DNA of 64,000 bases from Eledone cirrhosa (Eukaryota), in NCBI GenBank assembly GCA_964016885.1, contig OZ024758.1, positions 13,826,001-13,890,000 on the forward strand, read 5' to 3'. Under the pieces are notes generated by a model, which saw nothing but the letters and a program-made list of their open reading frames with translations, was not told the origin of the DNA and did not search any database. Below, in pieces: positions 55,763 through 64,000 of the stretch (positions within the stretch are counted from its first letter, which is position 1; each line of letters opens with the position of its first letter). A program made the translations under genes and the position numbers.

Positions 55763-56684
55763 TTCACTCTCCTGTAATTTCCTTGTCTTCTTCTCCACAG
55801 AGATATTACTTGCAATGAAATGAAAAAACAAACAAAACCAGTCTAGTTATTATATTTACTCTCTCTCTCTCTCCCTCCTTTCTCTGTTTCTTTCTCCCTC
55901 TCTTTCTTGTTATCATCTTCCTCTCTCTCCTTTCTTTCTCCTTCTGTTTCTTGTTATCATCTTTCTATCTTTCTCACTCTCCTTCTTCACCCTCTCTCGC
56001 TCTCCTTTCTCTGTTTCTCCCTCTCTTTCTCGTTATCATCTCCTTCTCTCTCTCACTTTTCTTTCTTTCTCTCTCCTCTCTCTCTTTCTGTTTCTTTCAA
56101 CCTCTCTCCTTCCCTTCTTTCTCTCTGTCTCTTTCTCCCCCCCCCCCCATCTCTAATGACAAGTTATTTCTTTTGCACTGAATTTTTTTTTTCACACCCA
56201 CCACCAACTCACCCTCCCTCCACACTCACCCTTCCTCCACACTCACCCTCCCTCCACACTCACCCTCCCTCCACACTCACCCTCCCTCCACACACACCCG
56301 GAATACAGCCCCTCCTTCACACCCATCCTCCCTCCACACCCACCCTTCCTCCACACCCAACCTCCCTCCACACTCACCCTTTCTCCACATTTTTCTATTC
56401 ATTTTCATTCTTTATTTTCCTTCTTTATTTCCTTCTTTGTTTCTCTCCTTCCTTCCTAGTTTCTCTCCCTCCACCTCCCCCTCCCCCCATTTACCATACA
56501 TGGGATCTACTCCAAGATCTGATTAATAGATTACCAAATAAAATAGTAGAAGCTATAACAACAACAATAACAACAATAACAACAATAACTCCATGACAAA
56601 AACTGAACAAAACAAAACAGAAGACATTTGATATTATATACCTGTGTGAGTTTACCATTTATAGTGTGTCTAGATTATAGTTTG

Positions 56685-57487
56685 GCATCATCATTATCAT
56701 TAGCATCATCATTATTAGCATCATCTTTATCATTATCATCATTGTCACCACCACCATTATCATCATCACCACCACCACCATCATCATCACCACCACCATC
56801 ATCATTGTCACCACCACCACCATAATTGTCATCATCACCACCACTACCACCACCACCACTACCACCATCGTCACCACCACCACTACGACTACCATCGTCA
56901 CCACTACCATCGTGACCTCCACCGCTACCACCATCACCACTACCACCATCGTCACCACTACCACCACCACTACCAACATCGTCACCACTACCACTACCAC
57001 CATCGTCACCACCACTACTACCATCGTCACCACCACCACTACCACCATCGTCACCACCACCACTACTACCATCGTCATCACTACCACCGCCACCACTACC
57101 ACCACCACTACCACCATCGTCACCACCACTACCACCATCGTCACCACTACCATCGTCACCACCACTACCACTACCACCATCGTCACCACCACTACTACCA
57201 TCGTCACCACTACCACCATCGTCACCACCACTACCACTACCACCATCATCACCACCACTACCACTACTACCATCGTCACCACCACTACAACCATCGCCAC
57301 CACTACCACTTTCGTCACCACCACTACCACTACCACCATCGTCACCACCACTACCATCGTCACCACTACCACCATCGTCAGCACCACTACCACCACTACC
57401 ATCGTCACCACCACCACTACAACCATCGTCACCACCACCACTACCACCATCATCACCACCACTACCACTACCACTGTCACCATCATT
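56685..57487. repeat. (ACC/ACT/ATC)n trinucleotide repeat tract
   Basis: Direct reading. Confidence 0.92.
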
Positions 57488-57651
57488 TACAGGAAATTCT
57501 TGTTCAGATTTTCAGTCTGTGAGCAAAGCTGAAGTCCGAAATGAAATCAGGAAACAATAGACAATATGTTTATTGAGTTTTCTTTGGTAATCATTGTCAA
57601 CGGCATCAGAATTACTGCCAGCAGCAGCAACAACAACAGCAACAGCAACAG

Positions 57652-57683
<32 letters not shown>

Positions 57684-57804
57684 CCAGTGAGATAAACTCT
57701 CCATGTTCTCTCACAGTCTTGTAAAATAACAGCCACATTTCCTTCGTATCACACCTTTCTATCTACAGAAAGTTTGAACAAGCTGACCTAGGAGCTAAAT
57801 AGCA

Positions 57805-58560
57805 ATAATAATTGTTTCTACTTTTGGCACAAGGCCAGCAATTATCCCAGTGTATTACTGGTACTCTGTTAATGATAATGATTTCTATTGTAGCCACAAG
57901 GCTAGCAATTTGGGAAGAGGAGATAGTTGGTTAAATCAACCCCAGTGTGTGACTGGTACTTTGTTAATGATAATGATTTCTATTGTAGCCACAAGGCTAG
58001 CGATTTGGGGAGAGGAGAAAGTTGGTTAAATCAACCCCAGTGTGTTGACTGGTACTTTGTTAATGATAATGATTTCTATTGTAGCCACAAGGCTAGCGAT
58101 TTGGGGAGAGGAGAAAGTTGGTTAAATCAACCCCAGTGTGTGACTGGTACTTTGTTAATGATAATGATTTCTATTGTAGCCACAAGGCTAGCGATTTGGG
58201 GAGAGGAGAAAGTTGGTTAAATCAACCCCAGTGTGTGACTGGTACTTTGTTAATGATAATGATTTCTATTGTAGCCACAAGGCTAGCGATTTGGGGAGAG
58301 GAGAAAGTTGGTTAAATCAACCCCAGTGTGTGACTGGTACTTTGTTAATGATAATGATTTCTATTGTAGCCAGAAGGCTAGCGATTTGGGGAGAGGAGAA
58401 AGTTGGTTAAATCAACCCCAGTGTGTGACTGGTACTTTATTTTATCGACTCTGTGAGGATAAAAGGCTAAGCTAACCTTGGCGGGATTTGAACGCAGAAC
58501 GTAAAGAGATGCAACTCTATGCCACAGCGTATAGTGTCTGACACTCTACTGCCAATCCAT
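57805..58560 (-). mobile_element. Meta-like SINE containing a 6 x 95-bp tandem array
   Basis: Head at 58435-58560; unit ctggtactttgttaatgataatgatttctattgtagccacaagg..aaccccagtgtgtga repeated over 57858-58435. Confidence 0.85.
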
Positions 58561-58589
58561 GAATGATAATATAAATAATACTAACTTAC

Positions 58590-58600
58590 CAAATGTGGAA
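58590..58600 (-). other. Candidate 11-nt microexon (TTCCACATTTG)
   Basis: tttttaactgtttcAG | TTCCACATTTG | GTAAGT: consensus acceptor and donor only 11 nt apart. Confidence 0.3.
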
Positions 58601-59613
58601 CTGAAACAGTTAAAAACCAACCAAAATAAACCATCAATGCATCTTTCTTTAACAGTTTCAGCTCTGCCTTTGAACAGGGGATATTAACCCTGAAATATCA
58701 TTATTTTTTCAAATCAATCATTGTCTCAAGAGAAATTTTTGTTTACACAAGTCACAACAAATATTTAAAAATGGAAAAGGAATGGAAAGGCAAGGTCCCT
58801 GGGGTCACAGAAGAATGGGAGAAGGGAGATGGGCTCTGGGCCTAGGGTGCAGCAGTGTCGGGGTTGCACCTCATGGGTAAAAGAGAACGCCTCTATACAG
58901 TTGCTTGATCTACTAGAAAAGCAACTAAATCTTCCTCAAATGTTCATCTTTTAAAGAAGGGCCATATTTGATAATGTTGTCATAGATGGTATGGTCCTGT
59001 AACTCCTGATAGTGTTGGGAGGCTTCAAGGTATGGAGGATGGTTTCAGTCACATAGTTGTAGGTCAAAATGAGAAGAGGTTCACACTGACACAGACTGAC
59101 ACACACTGACACACTGACACACTGACACAGACACACAGACTGACACTCACAAATACACACACTGACACACACAGACTCTCACACACACACACATACAGAC
59201 ACACAGACTGACACTCACAAACACACACTGACACACACACTCACTCACTCACTCACTCACACTCTCTCTCTCTCTCTCTCCAGCTTATAATTATTTTTGT
59301 TACTCATATTTAAGAATCTTTCTCAAGAAAATTCATTGAATGTTTTTTTTTGTCTGAAAATGTGTATGTATGTATGTGTGTTTGTATGTATGTATGTATG
59401 TATGTGTGTGTATGGGTTAATGGGTCATTTCCTGGTGATATGACCCAACATCACTACAGCTGGCTTTTGCTTATTTCTTAAATCTTTTCATGTTTTACTT
59501 GATATTGTTGACACAAAGGGAGTGGAAGTTATTTCCTCTCACTATGACTTCATCATAGACATCTCATCTCAAATACTCAGTCTTTCATGCTAAGCATATT
59601 CTCTCTCTCTCTC

Positions 59614-59647
<34 letters not shown>

Positions 59648-59650
<3 letters not shown>

Positions 59651-60215
59651 GTCACTGGACCGAGACCTTTGGCGGTACTCAGTAATAGAGAAGACCCGCC
59701 TTACCTAAATACAAAGTAAAAACCTACTACAGTCAGTAGGCATCTCTATCAAAACACCCCCCCGTCCCACCACCTCCACCCCATCCACACCGCCCCTTTC
59801 AATGTACAGTTATGTTGGTCCCACAACATCCAGGCCGAAACAAATGAGATCGTGTAGGTGTCACGACAAAAAAACACACAGTCCACGCTGTAAATGTGGC
59901 CGTGTAGGCAACACGGTAAAAACCTCCCAGCCCCACACTGTAAATGTGGTTGGTGTTAGGAAGGGCATCCAGCTGTAGAAAACCCGCCAGACAGTCCACG
60001 CTGTAATGTGGCCGTGTAGGCAACACGGTAAAAACCTCCCAGCCCCACACTGTAAATGTGGTTGGTGTTAGGAAGGGCATCCAGCTGTAGAAAACCCGCC
60101 AGACAGTCCTATGCGAGCAAGACAACCACTCTTGCCTCAAGTGGGAAAACCCCCGTCCAAACCCATGCAAGCATGGAACACGGACGCTAAACCTGATGAT
60201 GATGATGATGATGAT
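59648..60215 (+). mobile_element. Young RTE 3' fragment (last codons + 3'UTR) with ~115-bp internal tandem duplication, in (TA)n
   Basis: Matches 18862-19314; the segment cagtccacgctgtaa..cccgccaga is present twice. Confidence 0.9.
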
Positions 60216-60249
60216 ATATATTTATATATATATAGAGAGAGAGAGAAAT

Positions 60250-60300
60250 GGCTTCTACGGGACTAGAACTGTTTCATTCGGAGGAAATCATCAGAAAGCC
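60250..60300 (-). ncRNA. Type I hammerhead motif, family H2
   Basis: GGCTTT-CTGATGA-[tTTC ctcc GAAt]-GAAA-CAG ttctagtc CCG-TA/GAAGCC. Confidence 0.7.
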
Positions 60301-60554
60301 GACTGTCAATGTAAATTTCTGGTATTTATACATTTTGTCATGGTAAGGGTAGTGGTTGGGGGGGGGGGCTGGTAGAGGATGATTTCCTCCGAATGAAACA
60401 GTTTCCATTCTGTAGAAGCCATTTCTATATAAATATATATATATATATATATACGTTATTCCGGGTTGAATCGGAGGTAACCACAGTAAGTAAGGTACTC
60501 AATACATTGCAGAGTATAAAAGTTATATATATATAAAAGTTTTAATATAGATGA

Positions 60555-60603
60555 GATTCTACAGGACTAGAACTGTTTCATTCTTTAGAAATCATCAGGA
60601 ATC
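60555..60603 (-). ncRNA. Type I hammerhead motif, family H2
   Basis: GATTC-CTGATGA-[tTTC taaa GAAt]-GAAA-CAG ttctagtc CTG-TA/GAATC. Confidence 0.78.
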
Positions 60604-60727
60604 ATGATGATTTCTAAAGAATGAAACAGTTCTAGTCCTGTAGAATCTCATCTATATTAAAATTTATATATATATATATATATATCCAGGGAGTGGATAT
60701 ATACATTTTTCCATTACCATTGTAAGG

Positions 60728-60814
60728 GGTCTGACGAGCCACCGGATTACAGAGTCGGTATAGATCAATACAGATCGAACCTTTGAGCTGATCAGTGACG
60801 AAATGTGTGTCACC
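60728..60814 (+). ncRNA. Hammerhead motif with long stem II insertion
   Basis: GGT-CTGACGA-[GCCACCGGAT ...~45 nt... ATCAGTGAC]-GAAA-T gtgt G-TC/ACC. Confidence 0.55.
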
Positions 60815-60880
60815 AACCAATAAACGTAATGGAGGAGTAACCGATCGTCCTTGTTATTTTATTTCACTATATATATATAT

Positions 60881-61151
60881 GTTTCTTTTATTTGCCACCA
60901 GGGCATCAAAAGTGGGACAAGTACAAAGGGGGGAGTTTCCACAAAAAGGTGTCCTCAATAAGGAGGAGGCAATAACAAAATATAAAAATAAAATAAAATA
61001 TAACAAAAAATAAAATTTATAACAAAATCCTCAATAGAGAGGAGGCGCCTTGGGGGGTCGCACACACCCCCGAAAAAAGTGTGCAACCCTTTTCCTCAGG
61101 AGCACAGAGAGGGGGTGCTCCCTCGTTCCTTCCTCTTTTCCACCTACAGGC
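60881..61151 (-). mobile_element. 270-bp insertion (probable L1/Tx1-type 3' end) with 21-bp target-site duplication
   Basis: Direct repeat ttatttcactatatatatata at 60859-60879 and 61152-61172. The minus strand ends ggtggcaaataaaagaaac. Related tails (cccttgtggttaataaag) at ~27935-28070 and ~28332-28402. Confidence 0.65.
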
Positions 61152-61850
61152 TTATTTCACTATATATATATAATCAAATAATTAGGACTGTCTCTGCCAA
61201 GAATTTACAAAGATAGTCGAAACACTTTACTCTTATTTTTGGATGTATGTCAACCATGAAACTATATATATTTTTTGTGAAAATGCTTCATTTAAATATA
61301 ACAAAGACAATGTCCTTGTTGCCATAGCATTGGTGGTGATTTATTACAGAGATGCAGGTTGTTTTTATAGAGAATAGCAACCATTTAATTAGATTAAAAT
61401 GTTGTGATTCTCTGGGGACGGAATTTGGATAATTTTCTTATCAACTTTACAACTGACAATAATAACAGCCATGGCTATGAATTCTGAACAGTTGTAAACA
61501 ACATATCCATATTAAGTTGTCAGTAGAACAAAGTCTGGTTGAGAAAGAAGTATCTGTGGTTATCTGTCTTTTATATAAAATATAAAATGCTTTAAGTATT
61601 GTATAAAATAAAATATATAACGTGGAAAGTGATATAACGAAGAAGGCTAAACCAATACAAGATGGCTGTTAAGATGAAGACAATGAAAGAGTTAGTTACT
61701 TGGAAATCTTTGTGTTTCATCCTATTATTTCGGGAATAAAATTCACTTTGTCAGAGAACAGGGGAATGCTCAAACAAAAAAAAAAAAAAAAATTTAGTAA
61801 ATATCCCCATGACCACCAAAAAAACACCAAAGAATAAGACGTTAACTTAA

Positions 61851-62071
61851 CCCTTTAGCATTCAAACCAGCTGTAACCGGCCAGAATTCTCTCACCTCTT
61901 TCTGTTCAAACCAGCCCTAACTAACCACTCATACTGATGTTAAAGTATTGTTCTGAAAATAAATAATATCAAAATCTCATAGATTCGATATTATGTAAGA
62001 TAATTATATAAGATAAAGCCTTTACTGTGAAAATACAATAGTATATATAGAGTAATGTGAATGCTAAAGGG
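61851..62071. mobile_element. piggyBac-type MITE (~220 bp)
   Basis: TTAA-CCCTTTAGCATTCA ... TGAATGCTAAAGGG-TTAA terminal inverted repeats with TTAA TSD. Confidence 0.88.
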
Positions 62072-62419
62072 TTAATGAAATGAAGATGTTTCACCAATGT
62101 AAACTTCCAATTCTGGGAACTAAATCAGCACCAAAAGACAGGAGACATTACCATTTTTATAAACATCTCTAGGATCTTTAATAATAAACAACAGACTCTT
62201 TACTAACGTTGTAATAATAATCTCTCTGTTTAGTTTTATATATCTTTAATTTTTTGTCATCCATTTATTCATCCTTTGGGCAAATATATTTATTATCATT
62301 TTTAAGCTATACACTATCAGTTTCAGTTCCTTCTTAACCTAAACTTAAACCTGCAATTCATTACCTACGACTTCTTTCACATATCTTTTACCTTTTCCCT
62401 GATTATAACAGAATAATAG

Positions 62420-62617
62420 TAATAATTGTTTCTACTTTTGGCACAAGGCCAGCAATTACCCAGTGCATTACTGGTACTTTATTTTATCACACCCCCCCCC
62501 CATAAGAATGAAAGACAAGTTAACCTCGGCGGGATTTGAATTCAGAATGTAAAGGGCCATATCTCCTATGCTTCAAAGCATGGTGTCTGATGCTTTACCA
62601 ATACTGCCAAACTGCCA
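62420..62617 (-). mobile_element. Meta-like SINE
   Basis: Family match. Confidence 0.8.
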
Positions 62618-63295
62618 AAGATCCAGAATAAATACCCCCAAGACATTTTGACCAAAACTGCAATGTTTCTGTTGGAGCTGTGTAATTTTCTTCAGTGAAC
62701 ACAGCACCTAAAGATCCAGAATAAATACCCACAAGACATTTTCTTCAATACTTCATGCTAGCATGGAAAATGGACGTTAAATGATGATGAAGATGACTAC
62801 AATATTTTTGCCTGAGCTGTGTAACTTTCTTCAGTGTACACAGTACCTAAAGATTTACAATATATATCTCCAACATTCCAATATTTCTGCCGGAGCTGTG
62901 TAACTTTCTTCAGTTAATTTATACTTAATGTTTACAACTAGGTACAAATATAATACTGGCATTATTTCACTGTTGTTTGTTGTTTCAGCTTCTTTCCTAT
63001 AATATTCTATTCAGACATTTTTTGCATTCCTATGTTTCATTGTTTTGGCTGTTTCATAGAACTGTACATAGTTGACCTTTTAGATAATGACCTAGCAGAG
63101 CCCTGTCTTAGGTTCTAAATTGTTTATAATTTCAACCCTTCCATCATAAATTCATAAGAAAGAAAGCTTTTGTTAAGTTATGTTTCAAGTCCCAATTTAG
63201 TTATTTTACTCAGTCCCTCCCTCCAAAGCCTGTCTGGTCACCTGACAACATATATATGAAAAGAGGAGTTACAAATACTCTCACTCATCTCTCTC

Positions 63296-63331
<36 letters not shown>

Positions 63332-63678
63332 ATCACATCTCTATTTCTTCCTATCTCTTCCACTCTCCCTCTTCCATCTATATCCCTTTCTTTCCCTCCC
63401 ATCTTACTCTTTTTCTCCCATCTCTCTCTCTCTCTCTCTCTCTCACACAACAAAAGTCTCTCTGGAGGTGCCAAATGCTACCACGATCTTACCTAGACCA
63501 GCTTGTTGCGCCCACTTCTCTTCTTCAAATCTCCACCACCGCTACCACCACCGTCCGTCAGCACTACCACTGCTTTACCTCCACCACCGCCACCAGCACT
63601 ACCAAGATTTTACTTTCTCTGCCACCACTACCACTATCACTGTTTTACCTCATAATGGTTAAAGTCACTCTCACCTCA

Positions 63679-63865
63679 TAATTGTTTCTACTTTAGGCAC
63701 AAGGCCAGTAATTACCCAGTGCATTACTGGTACTTTATTTTATCGACCCCGTAAGGATGAAAGGCAAAGTCAACCTCGGCGGGATTTGAACTCAGATCGT
63801 AAAGAGACGTAACTATGCTGGAAAGCATGGCGTCCGACCCTCTACTGATACTGCCAATCCACCAC
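63679..63865 (-). mobile_element. Meta-like SINE (full length)
   Basis: Family match with A/B boxes. Confidence 0.88.
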
Positions 63866-64000
63866 CCAATCCACTCTCACCTCATAATGGCCAGTAAATA
63901 CTACAGATGTTACACTTTGACTCTTGTATACTCTCACCTATTTCTTTTGATATTATTTATTTTGAGAACAATACCTTAACGCCAGTATGGGTGGCCGGTT

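Larger units (their letters stand above)
60244..60663 (-). mobile_element. Two adjacent family-H2 fold-back units in (TA)n
   Basis: Inverted arms 60244-60290/60378-60430 and 60540-60597/60605-60662, with hammerheads and the shared tail. Confidence 0.7.

Noticed and set aside
56912-57532. Mucin-like Thr-rich ORF (also the PPPPTNTT ORF at 30052-30408 and the Ser-rich ORF at 941-1624)
   Set aside because: Trinucleotide or 27-bp repeats open on both strands, with no convincing splice sites or unique coding context.
57595-57690. PolyQ (CAG/CAA) coding exon
   Set aside because: An in-frame stop lies shortly upstream and there is no good acceptor; may simply be a microsatellite.

Overview
Eukaryotic, very AT-rich, repeat-saturated DNA. 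The microsatellite load and the RTE/SINE families suggest a cephalopod (octopus-like) genome; this is an inference. No host protein-coding gene is securely identified, and almost all ORFs in the track are microsatellite artefacts. Supported content: (1) a near-full-length RTE-clade LINE (APE endonuclease + RT, with a C4HC3 PHD-like finger inside the RT and YADD mutated to YAND) inserted in a 60-bp minisatellite, plus a second 5'-truncated RTE subfamily and many (GAT)n-tailed 3' fragments; (2) two tRNA-derived SINE groups, one with a Meta-like domain and one CORE-like with three interchangeable tails; (3) TTAA/piggyBac-type and TA/Tc1-mariner-type MITEs; (4) many minisatellites, several visibly born from these elements. 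The most striking signal is a set of at least 9-10 minimal type I hammerhead ribozyme motifs from several sequence families. Most lie in short, ORF-less, (TA)n-embedded units with an 'inverted arm + tail' geometry, consistent with Penelope-like pLTR remnants or retrozyme-like elements. One family shows compensatory stem I changes between copies. Weak minus-strand exon candidates (an 11-nt microexon, two terminal-exon-like segments) are also noted.
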